Positions 1-9,366 of a stretch of 64,000 nt of DNA are shown here, piece after piece. The stretch covers positions 704,001-768,000 of the forward strand of contig CBDCUI010000009.1 of assembly GCA_965222615.1 (NCBI GenBank). Direction: 5' to 3'. Each line of letters begins with the position of its first letter. Position 1 is the stretch's first letter. This stretch comes from Gammaproteobacteria bacterium. Its GTDB lineage: Bacteria > Pseudomonadota > Gammaproteobacteria > UBA4575. The translations under genes and the position numbers were made by a program. The notes beneath the pieces were generated by a model, which was not told the DNA's origin, did no database searches, and saw only the letters and a list, made by a program, of their open reading frames with translations.

Positions 1-1
1 A

Positions 2-694
2 GAAAGTGTCGCAAAAGCGATTTATGCATCGCGACTGCCAATCGTTACAGGTATTGGGCATGAGGTAGATTTTACCATTGCCGATTTTGTTGCCGACTTA
101 CGCGCCGCAACCCCTTCAGCCGCTGCTGAGCTAATTGTTCCACACCAGGACGAACTGCTGGAGACCTTAGATCAATTGCAAAGATCATTACTATATATAG
201 TTCAAGATCAGCTGATTACCAGGCAACAATCCATTGACTGGCTAGCGCAACGGCTAGAATTTTTACACCCCAAACAGATGCTAGAAAGAAGTACGGAACG
301 CCTCATCGAGTTAAGAAGACGCGTACTCAGTGCCATCACACTGCATTTCTACAGCTATCACAACCTACTCAACAAATTATCGATACGACTCGAAAACCAA
401 TCACCCAAATCTCGTCTAGCTGAGTCAAGAATCAAGCTCACGAGTTTGCATAAAGACCTGCGATATATGACAGAACAAGCCATAGATCAACGCAGGCAAC
501 AGCTCATGACATTAACACGCACGTTGGAGGCGGTAAGCCCCCTAGGTACCCTGAATCGTGGCTATGCGATTGTTTCTAGTACAAAAAATGGCCAGATTAT
601 CCATGATGCACGTCAAGTGACTGAAAATGAGAAGATCCTGATCCAGCTGGCCACCGGGCGCCTCAGCGCAAGAGTTGATAAGAAAGAGACATAA
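2..694 (+). CDS. xseA: Exodeoxyribonuclease VII large subunit, 5'-truncated by the window edge
   Basis: Frame open from position 2: IVTGIGHEVDFTIADFVADLRAATPSAAAE; C-terminal SPLGTLNRGYAIV. Confidence 0.95.
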   Translation, partial: ESVAKAIYASRLPIVTGIGHEVDFTIADFVADLRAATPSAAAELIVPHQDELLETLDQLQRSLLYIVQDQLITRQQSIDWLAQRLEFLHPKQMLERSTERLIELRRRVLSAITLHFYSYHNLLNKLSIRLENQSPKSRLAESRIKLTSLHKDLRYMTEQAIDQRRQQLMTLTRTLEAVSPLGTLNRGYAIVSSTKNGQIIHDARQVTENEKILIQLATGRLSARVDKKET

Positions 695-781
695 CCCCTC
701 CATCGCCCAAGGCCATATGTTGCTTGCCAGATGCGGCGTTATCTGGTATCAAAGCGGGCCTCATTTTTAAGTGATAGCTCA

Positions 782-1669
782 ATGCCGGTAAAAAAATCCA
801 CGACCAAGAGAAAAACTGCAACTAAAAAGAGAGTTGCGGCCAAGAAGAAAGTTGCTACTAAAAAAAGAGTAGTAACAAAAAAGAAAGCTGTACCTAAGAA
901 AAAAGCAGCAGTTAAGAAAAAGGTTGCCAAAAAGAAAAAGGCCGCGCCTAAAAAACGTATAGCCACGAAAAAGAAGGCTGCTCCTAAGAAAAAAACAACG
1001 GCTAAGAAAAAAGCAGCGGTTAAGAAAAAAGTATCTAAGAAGAAAAAAGCCGCGCCTAAAAAACGTGTAGCCACAAAAAAGAAAGCGGCTCCTAAGAAAA
1101 AAACGGCAGTTAAAAAGAAGGCTACTCCTAAAAAAGCAAAGGTAGTAGAAAAAAAACCAACTAAAGCTGAATTGGCAGCTGAAAAAGCCAGATTAGAAAA
1201 AGAAGAAAAAAAGAAAAAACGTATCGAATTACTCAACAAACGTTCTGTTGTAGATTTACCTGTAGATGGCATTACTCCATACACAATGCATCGTGGCGAA
1301 AGTTATATGAGCCCCAAGCAACTTGAGCATTTTCGAAACATTTTATTACGTTGGAAACAAGACTTGCTTGATGAAGTTAGCCGTACGGTTGATCACATGA
1401 AAAAAGATGCCAGTAATTTTGCTGACCCTGCAGATCGTGCTACTCAAGAAGAAGAATTTAGTTTGGAGTTACGCACTCGTGACCGTGAAAGCAAACTAGT
1501 TCGTAAAATAAATCAAACTCTAGCGAGTATTGACTCAGATGAATATGGCTATTGTGAGTCATGTGGCATAGAAATAGGAATTAAAAGATTAGAAGCCCGA
1601 CCCACTGCAACATTGTGCATTGATTGTAAGACCTTACAGGAAATTAAAGAAAAACAAATTTTTTCATAG
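782..1669 (+). CDS. dksA: RNA polymerase-binding factor DksA with a long Lys/Ala-rich N-terminal extension
   Basis: DPADRATQEEEF coiled-coil tip; CESC...CIDC zinc finger; followed by gluQ; start placed at MPVKK (ATG 782). Confidence 0.92.
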   Translation: MPVKKSTTKRKTATKKRVAAKKKVATKKRVVTKKKAVPKKKAAVKKKVAKKKKAAPKKRIATKKKAAPKKKTTAKKKAAVKKKVSKKKKAAPKKRVATKKKAAPKKKTAVKKKATPKKAKVVEKKPTKAELAAEKARLEKEEKKKKRIELLNKRSVVDLPVDGITPYTMHRGESYMSPKQLEHFRNILLRWKQDLLDEVSRTVDHMKKDASNFADPADRATQEEEFSLELRTRDRESKLVRKINQTLASIDSDEYGYCESCGIEIGIKRLEARPTATLCIDCKTLQEIKEKQIFS

Positions 1670-1704
1670 CTCTTTGCACCATAACACTCATGCCATTTTG
1701 AACT

Positions 1705-2637
1705 ATGAGTGCACATACTAATAATAGTTCTAATTACCCAGCTTATATCGGTCGTTTCGCGCCCTCACCCACTGGCCCTTTGCACTATGGCTCGCTCCTA
1801 GCAGCCGTAGCTAGCTATCTTCAAGCCAAAAAGAACAGTGGTCAATGGTTAATCCGCATCGAAGATATAGACCCTCCACGTGAAGTGCTCGGTGCAACAG
1901 ATAATATCTTACGGACTTTAGAGCTCTATCAATTTGAATGGGACCAACGGCCACTATATCAATCTACACGCCCAGACGCTTATCATGAAAAACTTAATAA
2001 ATTAAAAGAGAAAAGCTTGCTATATGCTTGTTCTTGCTCGCGTAAACAAATTGGAGAATTCGCAAAAGATTCTGTTTTAGGTAAACGCTATCCCGGTACT
2101 TGTAGCAATAAAACGTTAGATGTAGACCCATTAAATTATAATTTAAGATTGCGCACTTCGAACCAAACTATTCATTTTATTGATGCAGTATATGGACAAC
2201 AGACCGCAACAATTTTTAAAGATATTGGTGATTTTGTAATTTATCGAAAGAATGACTTACCCACGTATGCACTTGCTGCCAGCGTTGATGATGCCTATCA
2301 AGGTATAACCGAAGTTGTGCGCGGCCATGATTTACTTGCATTTACCCCACTACAAATCTACCTGTGCAAAATATTGCAATTACCCATACCAAAATTTCTT
2401 CACATTCCAATCGTAATTGATGAAAACGGATGCAAACTAAGCAAACAATCAAACGCAGATGCTTTATCTAAAAACAACTGTACTAGTATGTTACTAAAAG
2501 CATTGAATGACTTAGGCCAGAAGACTCCTAAAATTCTTGATGATGAGAATTTAGAACAAATATGGAACTGGGCAATACAACATTGGGATATTACCAAGAT
2601 CCCTCGCTCAAAAACTCTAACACTTAATGATATTTAA
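1705..2637 (+). CDS. gluQ: Glutamyl-Q tRNA(Asp) synthetase
   Basis: GRFAPSPTGPLHYGS, RIEDIDPPRE, CSCSR, KLSKQ; no anticodon domain; downstream of dksA. Confidence 0.93.
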   Translation: MSAHTNNSSNYPAYIGRFAPSPTGPLHYGSLLAAVASYLQAKKNSGQWLIRIEDIDPPREVLGATDNILRTLELYQFEWDQRPLYQSTRPDAYHEKLNKLKEKSLLYACSCSRKQIGEFAKDSVLGKRYPGTCSNKTLDVDPLNYNLRLRTSNQTIHFIDAVYGQQTATIFKDIGDFVIYRKNDLPTYALAASVDDAYQGITEVVRGHDLLAFTPLQIYLCKILQLPIPKFLHIPIVIDENGCKLSKQSNADALSKNNCTSMLLKALNDLGQKTPKILDDENLEQIWNWAIQHWDITKIPRSKTLTLNDI

Positions 2638-2652
2638 TTAAGTGCACTCAAT

Positions 2653-2680
2653 AAAACGGCCGTACTGAGACGGCCGTTTT
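2653..2680. terminator. Bidirectional intrinsic terminator
   Basis: aaaacggccgt-actgag-acggccgtttt between convergent genes. Confidence 0.8.
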
Positions 2681-2710
2681 CTGTACTAGTTATTAGAAGT
2701 AAGCTAATGT

Positions 2711-2935
2711 TTATTCGCCATCCCCAGCCTTACTCTTATCCCACTCCCATGGCTCTTCTTTGGCAATCGTAAAAAAGATCCAAAAGTTGCCAATCAGCAT
2801 AATGACAAATAACACCGCTGCACCCAGCGCCCAAAGTGGCTCACGAAAATGCTCATCAAAATTCACAAAATTGATAATGGCAAAAATCGCAATGGTCCAA
2901 AGTACCATTACGGCTAAAGCTTGAAGTGTGCGCAT
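2711..2935 (-). CDS. Small two-TM membrane protein, last gene of the monooxygenase cluster
   Basis: 74 aa, two hydrophobic helices, GGAGG RBS, 32 bp after the reductase. Confidence 0.75.
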   Translation of the reverse strand: MRTLQALAVMVLWTIAIFAIINFVNFDEHFREPLWALGAAVLFVIMLIGNFWIFFTIAKEEPWEWDKSKAGDGE

Positions 2936-2967
2936 ATACGCCTCCTATACTTTCTAATATCTATTCT

Positions 2968-4059
2968 TTACTTTCGCCCACCGGGCATCGAACTCGCGTC
3001 TAAGAATTTATCAAAGAAGATATCATCCTTGTTCATGCCTTGATCTACCATAACTTCTATAGCTGCATCAATCATGGGCGGAGGACCACATAGATAACCC
3101 TGTGCCTCGCCTAGGGCTAGTTTACCAGTATCTACGTAAGCTGACTTCAAATAATCGGTTACCAGGCCGGTAGCCCCTTTCCAATCACTGCCTTCCGGTT
3201 CCATGTTCAGTACAGGCACAAACTCAAAGGAGTGATTCTGATTCCATTTTGAGCCAATTTCAGCCATTTCCTCTAAACAATACAAATCGTCTTGGGTACG
3301 CGCACCAAACAAAAACAAACAATCTCGCGTAACTTGGTCATTTACAGCCGATTCTAAAATCGCCTTAATTGAGCTCACTCCACTACCCCCTGCAATACAT
3401 ACTATATGCGATGCATCAGGACGTAACCAAAAATGTCCAAATGGCCCTGAGACAGTTACCTTTTCGCCAGTGCGATCTTCTGCAAATAACCATTCTGTAA
3501 ATTCGCCGCCAGGCACCAAACGTACAAAAAATGTCATCTCATCTTTGGCTTCATTTTCAGGTGCTTTAGCAAAGGAATAAGAACGTGGAGCACTTAGACC
3601 ATCGATACTTATCTCAGCATATTGACCAGCGACGCCACTACGTTCTGGCAAAGAATATTCTGACTTTATGACGATCTCTTTAATGTCGTGAGTTAAGTCG
3701 TTAATCCGTGTAAATGTGCCTTCAAAAGAAACAACTTGATGTGCATGCTCAGAATCTTCTAACTCAACTTCAACTTCTACATCGCTTTTTAGGGCGGTCT
3801 GGCATGCTAAGATCATTCCATCCTTAAGCTGGTCTGGATCTAGTACATAGGAAAAATCGGTTAACGCCTTGATCTTGCCATCCTTAAGCTTACATTTACA
3901 AGTTGCACAGCTACCTACTCGGCAATCATGTGGCCAAGGTATGCCAAGTTCTAAAGCAGCATTTAAGAGATTATCACCAGCCTTTACGGTGACTTTATGT
4001 TCGCCAGTATTAATACTGGCCTGCCAGTCTTTTTTACTACTACCAAATAATCCAAACAT
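2968..4059 (-). CDS. XylA-type monooxygenase reductase ([2Fe-2S]/FAD/NAD(P)H domains)
   Basis: CRVGSCATC...LAC 2Fe-2S motif; RSYS FAD motif; AGGSG and YLCGPPPM NAD motifs. Confidence 0.92.
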   Translation of the reverse strand: MFGLFGSSKKDWQASINTGEHKVTVKAGDNLLNAALELGIPWPHDCRVGSCATCKCKLKDGKIKALTDFSYVLDPDQLKDGMILACQTALKSDVEVEVELEDSEHAHQVVSFEGTFTRINDLTHDIKEIVIKSEYSLPERSGVAGQYAEISIDGLSAPRSYSFAKAPENEAKDEMTFFVRLVPGGEFTEWLFAEDRTGEKVTVSGPFGHFWLRPDASHIVCIAGGSGVSSIKAILESAVNDQVTRDCLFLFGARTQDDLYCLEEMAEIGSKWNQNHSFEFVPVLNMEPEGSDWKGATGLVTDYLKSAYVDTGKLALGEAQGYLCGPPPMIDAAIEVMVDQGMNKDDIFFDKFLDASSMPGGRK

Positions 4060-4132
4060 AAAAATTAGTACCCACTGGCATCCACTCCAGTGAAAGAACG
4101 TTTAGCTATAAGTTTTAAGAGCTACAGCTCTA

Positions 4133-4786
4133 CTAGGCGTTTATTGCAATGCCTCGTAAAGTCCCTGACTTAACATCCTCAGCTGTTGGTAGACACTCAA
4201 ATGGATTGAGCTTTTCTTTACTTGTTGATGGATGTGCCTTCACCTTATTGTACCAACTATTCACTCCCTGGCGCGAACTGATTAAATCTCCTGCTCCAAG
4301 TATTTCGATACAATTGCAACAAGCAGACCAATGAATATCTGCCAGAGAAAATTCACCGCAAATGAAATCACCTTTCTTAGGTGGATTTTGAACTTGCTGT
4401 TCAAATCCATCAAGAAGTGTGGCTAAAGCTGATTTATCGATATTTTCTCCAAGCAATAGCTGAACTTTTTCAGTCGCAATACCTGCCCACTGATACATTA
4501 CTGCACGAATTACACCATTTCGTGGAACAAGTGAAGGTCCAAATCCCTTGTCATCAAGATAAGACATTACTGCACCTGTTCCATACACCACAAAATCTGT
4601 ATCTTGAAGTACTGGCGCAATACCATAAGGAGACTTTGATAAAAACTCGCTATCATCCTCACCGCTGATGATCTTAGTCTCCATATCTATGCCTTTTTCA
4701 CCTGCTGTTTGCAAACATTTACCTGTGTTTGGACAAGCTGGGTGTCCACTTAATATCATTTTTGTTCTTAGTTGATCTCCAATCAT
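4133..4786 (-). CDS. Glutathione S-transferase family protein
   Basis: N-terminal CPNT; SPYGIAPVL cis-Pro region; FICGEFSLADI C-domain motif. Confidence 0.85.
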   Translation of the reverse strand: MIGDQLRTKMILSGHPACPNTGKCLQTAGEKGIDMETKIISGEDDSEFLSKSPYGIAPVLQDTDFVVYGTGAVMSYLDDKGFGPSLVPRNGVIRAVMYQWAGIATEKVQLLLGENIDKSALATLLDGFEQQVQNPPKKGDFICGEFSLADIHWSACCNCIEILGAGDLISSRQGVNSWYNKVKAHPSTSKEKLNPFECLPTAEDVKSGTLRGIAINA

Positions 4787-4924
4787 ATCTCCCCCTAACT
4801 GACAAGTCTCATTAGGCTAGTTGTAAAATTTAAAAATTATTACCAAAGACAATCTCAAACTAGATTTTCTCAGCACTTAATATCAAAAAGCAATTTAGTT
4901 ATTTTGATACGTAATTAAATTTAG

Positions 4925-5104
4925 TTAGTCTTGGATTTTCAAAGCTCCAGAGGGGCATTTAGAAACTGTTTCACGAATTTCAGCTTCAGGTGCAGCATCC
5001 GTGTCAATTACAAATTGACCATCTTCTACCTTAAATACACTGGGCGAACCTTTTACACACTCGCCAGCGTGGCTACAAACATCGGCATCGTATGTTACTT
5101 TCAT
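4925..5104 (-). CDS. Small mono-cluster Fe-S ferredoxin (YjdI/Fer4_19-like), 59 aa, absent from the ORF track
   Basis: Manual translation MKVTYDADVCSHAGECVKGSPSVFKVEDGQFVIDTDAAPEAEIRETVSKCPSGALKIQD*; CxHxxxC...CPSGAL; AGGAG RBS. Confidence 0.85.
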   Translation of the reverse strand: MKVTYDADVCSHAGECVKGSPSVFKVEDGQFVIDTDAAPEAEIRETVSKCPSGALKIQD

Positions 5105-5215
5105 TCTTCTGACTCCTCTTTTTGTGTTGTCATTATCTTATTTTTTAATGCTCAGTTCACTGATTTAGATTACTATATTGCCGCTTTTTTACAATTTTTT
5201 ATAGATGTTTTTGAC

Positions 5216-5261
5216 AAAAAAAGCCCCTATTCTCGGCATCTGCAGAGAATAAGGGCGGTAG
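5216..5261 (-). terminator. Intrinsic terminator after the monooxygenase gene
   Basis: Minus strand gcccttattctc...gagaataggggc followed by a T-run. Confidence 0.75.
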
Positions 5262-5282
5262 GGGGTTGGCTTCGCTAGGGGG

Positions 5283-6425
5283 CTATGCGTAGCCTGCTTG
5301 TTGATTCATCTTCGCTGCGATCTTTAACTCGCCTTCACTCGCCATCTCGTCATCCCACTTTGCCAGCTGTTGCTTCATGTAGCTGTGAAATACCGGTGGT
5401 AATAGGCCTAAGGCAAATAAGGTGAAGTACCCGCGCCCACAATTCGGCGCCCCCACTTCATCCAGCTCCCAAAAATGCGTCTCGCCGCGATCATGATGGT
5501 CGGCTTGCCGGCCGATCTCGATGAAAAACCAGCTGGTAAACGCTGTGCTGTTGTCCCAGCTATGCCGATAGTCGATCGGTTGCCCTTTCTCGCGGATCAA
5601 CCCATAGTGCTCTAAATAGTTCAGCACTTCCAGCTCGAAGTTGGAGATGATCCACACCCCCGCTAAACACAGCATGCCGATCCATCCCCCAACAAACCAA
5701 AACAAAAATAGCGTCGGTAGCGCCATGAAGTACCCCCGTATCCAGCGGTTTTGCCAGCTTAAAAATGGTGCGCCTAAGCGCTCCAGGCGTTGCTTTTCCA
5801 TCATGAATAGAAATTTGCTTTGCCCTAACCCACAGATCGGGTAGTGCGCATACATGCTGCGCCCGCGCGGGGCCGTCGCCGGGTCGTCTTGATGCCCCAA
5901 CTCTAGATGGTGGTTGTACACATGTGCATAGCAAAAGTGTGCCTTGCCACTTAAGGCCATCATCCAGCGTGAAATCACGAAGCTAAAGCCTTTGGTGTGC
6001 GCCAGCTCGTGCCCATAGATGATGCCGATACCGGCAAAGATCCCGGTCGAGTACACCGCGCCGGCCAGTTGTGTGCCGGTGATCCCGTCTTGCACCGTTA
6101 ACCCTAAAATCTCCGTGGTGCCGATCGGCACGCCATTTACGTATTGCCAGATCCGCCACGCCAACGCCACTTGTAAGCAGATGAATACGCCTAGCATCCC
6201 GTACATGGTCCCGTTTAATAACGGCACTACGCCGTAGGTGTCGCCTTCGTCATCGACCCCCGCGCCCGGCGTCTGTGCGGTCGTTAACGTATCGACGATG
6301 ATCCCGACCCCGAGCAATACCACGCCGGTCCATACCCACGGCCCGCCCGCTAATACCCCAAACATCGCGCATAAGATTAATAACGGCGCTAAAAAATAGC
6401 GGATGTTGATTATGAATTTCTTCAT
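5283..6425 (-). CDS. Membrane non-heme diiron monooxygenase (AlkB/XylM, fatty-acid-desaturase superfamily)
   Basis: HELAH, HVYNHH, NYLEHYG and variant RQADHH boxes; XylM-like C-terminus; start MKKF with GGAGG RBS. Confidence 0.9.
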   Translation of the reverse strand: MKKFIINIRYFLAPLLILCAMFGVLAGGPWVWTGVVLLGVGIIVDTLTTAQTPGAGVDDEGDTYGVVPLLNGTMYGMLGVFICLQVALAWRIWQYVNGVPIGTTEILGLTVQDGITGTQLAGAVYSTGIFAGIGIIYGHELAHTKGFSFVISRWMMALSGKAHFCYAHVYNHHLELGHQDDPATAPRGRSMYAHYPICGLGQSKFLFMMEKQRLERLGAPFLSWQNRWIRGYFMALPTLFLFWFVGGWIGMLCLAGVWIISNFELEVLNYLEHYGLIREKGQPIDYRHSWDNSTAFTSWFFIEIGRQADHHDRGETHFWELDEVGAPNCGRGYFTLFALGLLPPVFHSYMKQQLAKWDDEMASEGELKIAAKMNQQAGYA

Positions 6426-6544
6426 CTTGGCCTCCATCAGTAAATGAAGAGAAAGATTGTGTGCCTTATTTGGTTACATAAGGCGATTATGAGAAGTCTC
6501 GATCAAGAGGGCAGACATACGCTTGCATCTTGATTAATAAGGAA

Positions 6545-6586
6545 ATTATATCACTCGGAAGTACATAAATTGTAGTATGTATTTCG
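6545..6586 (-). promoter_or_regulatory. Extended -10 promoter (TGATATAAT) with an inverted-repeat operator over the -35 region
   Basis: 6545-6553 reads TGATATAAT on minus; gaagtacata-N8-tatgtatttc at 6558-6585. Confidence 0.55.
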
Positions 6587-6686
6587 TAATATAGGGTTCG
6601 TTTACAGAACAAACTAACCCACTGATCCCCCATTGAACTGCGTTATTGTAGTTAGAAGCTTCGTCTTGCCTCAGCAAGGTTAGAAG

Positions 6687-7088
6687 CTAAGATGTTTCTT
6701 TAGAATCAAAATCTAAACATATGGAATTAATACAATATCTTAAATTTGTTGGAGCGGGACCATCTTCAAATACATGCCCTAAATGGGCTCCACATTGGCT
6801 ACATAATACTTCTGTACGGTGCATGCCTAAACTTTGGTCGGACTTCGTCGAAACACACTCTTGATTTGCTGGTTGCCAAAAGCTTGGCCACCCCGTACCG
6901 GAATCAAATTTATGCCGAGAATCAAACAAGGTAGCCTGACAACAAACACAGCGATAGAGCCCATGCTCTTTATGGTTGTAGTATTTACCACTGAACGCAG
7001 GCTCAGTACCCTTTTGCCTGCAAACATGAAATTGCTCCGGCGTTAATTGTTTACGCCACTCTTCGTCAGATTTTTTTATTTTTGTCAA
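6687..7088 (-). CDS. msrB: Peptide-methionine (R)-S-oxide reductase
   Basis: KGTEPAFSG, SGTGWPSF, HLGHVFEDGP, RYCINS. Confidence 0.96.
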   Translation of the reverse strand: MTKIKKSDEEWRKQLTPEQFHVCRQKGTEPAFSGKYYNHKEHGLYRCVCCQATLFDSRHKFDSGTGWPSFWQPANQECVSTKSDQSLGMHRTEVLCSQCGAHLGHVFEDGPAPTNLRYCINSICLDFDSKETS

Positions 7089-7126
7089 TTAGTTAGTTAA
7101 ATAGCCTAAAGTCAAATATTAGAAAG

Positions 7127-9211
7127 CTATGCACTTTCAACTGCTTTCATACTAAGTCGTATTCGACCCTGCTTATCGATTTCTAATACTTTGACTTTGA
7201 TAACGTCACCCTCTGAGAGCTCATCAGTAACATTTTCAACGCGCTCATGTGAAATTTGTGAGATATGAACCAGACCATCTTTCCCAGGCAGTACACTTAC
7301 AAAGGCACCAAAATCCATGATTTTCACGACCTTACCTTCATAGGTTTTACCAACTTCTACATCCGCAGTGATTGCCTCAATACGTCTTTTCGCATCATCA
7401 CCCGCCGCCTTATCCACCGACGCAATACGTACTACGCCTTCATCATCAATATCGATGGTAGTACCGGTTTCTTCTGTCAATGAGCGTATGGTGGCGCCTC
7501 CTTTCCCTATGACATCACGTATTTTGTCTGGATTAATTTTTAACACCGTAAATCTAGGCGCGTACTCAGACATCTCTTCACGTGGGCTGGCAATGGCCTC
7601 TTGCATCTTATCTAGTATATGCAGACGCCCTTCGCGAGCTTGCTGTAAAGCAATATCCATAATTTCTTCGGTAATGCCTTCGATCTTGATATCCATTTGT
7701 AATGCAGTAACCCCATTTCGTGTCCCCGCCACTTTGAAATCCATATCGCCCAAATGATCTTCGTCGCCAAGAATGTCGGTAAGCACGGCAAAATCTTCCC
7801 CTTCTTTTATTAGCCCCATGGCAATGCCTGCCACCGGTGCTTTCGTGGGTACACCCGCATCCATTAAGGATAAACTCGTACCACAAACACTGGCCATCGA
7901 ACTTGAACCATTCGATTCTGTAATTTCAGAAACTACACGGATCACATAGGGAAATTCTTCCTCACTGGGGACCACTGCCTGAATACCACGCTTGGCAAGT
8001 TTTCCATGTCCAATTTCACGTCGTTTTGGAGAACCTACAAAACCTGTTTCGCCTACACAGAATGGAGGAAAGTTGTAATGCAACATAAAATGATCTTTAA
8101 ATTCTCCTTCAATTGCATCAATAATCTGCGCATCTCTTCCAGTCCCCAGCGTTGTGATCACCAAGGCTTGGGTTTCACCACGGGTAAATAAGGCACTGCC
8201 ATGGGTTCGCGGCAATACACCCGTGCGAATTGTTATTGGCCGCACCATGGTCTTGTCTCGACCATCTATACGCTTTTCACCGGATAATATTCGACCCCGT
8301 ACAATTTTCTTCTCAAGTTTTTTGAAAGCACCTTGTACTTCCGCCTCACTTGGTCCTTCTTCATCATTTACTATGGCCTCAAGTAAACTAGTTCGAATCT
8401 CACCAACTTTGTCTTGGCGTTCTAACTTTTCTGCAATTTGATAGGCTTCGCCCAATTGTTGACTACATTGTGCATTAACATTATCAGCCAATGTCTCATC
8501 GGCCTCAGGGGCTTGCCAATCCCATGCTTCACAATTCACTTCAGCAGCAAATTCTTTGATTGTGTTGATAGCCGATTGAAGCTGCTCATGGCCAAACATC
8601 ACTGCACCCAGCATGACTTCTTCAGGCAGTACGTCTGCCTCAGACTCAACCATCAATACAGCACTTTGCGTTCCGGCAACCACTAGATCAAGTGCAGAAT
8701 TTTTCAACTGTGAATTACTTGGATTGAGAACATATTGATTATTAATATAGCCAACACGTGCAGCACCCATTGGCCCATTAAATGGAATACCAGACACCGC
8801 CAAGGCTGCCGAAGCACCAAGCATGGCAGGAATATCCGGATCAATATCAGTATTCATTGAAACAACGGTAGCAATTACTTGTACTTCATTGGTAAAGTCT
8901 TTCGGAAACATTGGCCTTAAAGGTCGATCAATCAGGCGGCATGTCAGTGTTTCTTTTTCGCTTGGTCGACCTTCACGTTTAAAAAATCCGCCAGGAATTT
9001 TGCCCGCGGCATAGGTTTTTTCTTGGTAGTTGACAGTTAGCGGAAAAAAATCACGACCCGGCTCGGATTCTTTACTTCCTACAACAGTTACCAAAACTGT
9101 GGTTCCTGCCATATCAACCATCACCGCACCATCTGCTTGGCGTGCAATTTCACCGGTTTCCAAAGTGACTTGGTGCTCTCCATATGAGAACGATTTTGTT
9201 ACTTTACTCAC
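7127..9211 (-). CDS. pnp: Polyribonucleotide nucleotidyltransferase
   Basis: [33 protein letters not shown]; KH and S1 domains. Confidence 0.99.
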   Translation of the reverse strand: MSKVTKSFSYGEHQVTLETGEIARQADGAVMVDMAGTTVLVTVVGSKESEPGRDFFPLTVNYQEKTYAAGKIPGGFFKREGRPSEKETLTCRLIDRPLRPMFPKDFTNEVQVIATVVSMNTDIDPDIPAMLGASAALAVSGIPFNGPMGAARVGYINNQYVLNPSNSQLKNSALDLVVAGTQSAVLMVESEADVLPEEVMLGAVMFGHEQLQSAINTIKEFAAEVNCEAWDWQAPEADETLADNVNAQCSQQLGEAYQIAEKLERQDKVGEIRTSLLEAIVNDEEGPSEAEVQGAFKKLEKKIVRGRILSGEKRIDGRDKTMVRPITIRTGVLPRTHGSALFTRGETQALVITTLGTGRDAQIIDAIEGEFKDHFMLHYNFPPFCVGETGFVGSPKRREIGHGKLAKRGIQAVVPSEEEFPYVIRVVSEITESNGSSSMASVCGTSLSLMDAGVPTKAPVAGIAMGLIKEGEDFAVLTDILGDEDHLGDMDFKVAGTRNGVTALQMDIKIEGITEEIMDIALQQAREGRLHILDKMQEAIASPREEMSEYAPRFTVLKINPDKIRDVIGKGGATIRSLTEETGTTIDIDDEGVVRIASVDKAAGDDAKRRIEAITADVEVGKTYEGKVVKIMDFGAFVSVLPGKDGLVHISQISHERVENVTDELSEGDVIKVKVLEIDKQGRIRLSMKAVESA

Positions 9212-9366
9212 TGCTAGTTTCCATTTATTGATTAATCTATTTGTTAATTAAATTCATATTCATAACAAGCTTGTTTAGCCGCACAAATATGTATGAAGAT
9301 AACTTTGAATTTCTTGCTATTACTTACCAACACTAATTAACATCTCTCAATGAGAGATTTTTTAAA

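Noticed and set aside
739-1284. 181-aa Phe/Leu-rich minus-strand ORF
   Set aside because: Antisense shadow of the Lys-codon repeats in dksA
4931-5278. 115-aa plus-strand ORF
   Set aside because: Antisense to the real ferredoxin gene and runs through a terminator; no RBS or motif
5560-5934. 124-aa alternative-frame ORF within the monooxygenase
   Set aside because: Expected by-product of high GC; no protein-like features
6687-7088. msrB as part of the oxygenase system (shared methyl-sulfur theme)
   Set aside because: It follows pnp closely and a separate promoter lies between it and the monooxygenase; adjacency alone is not evidence
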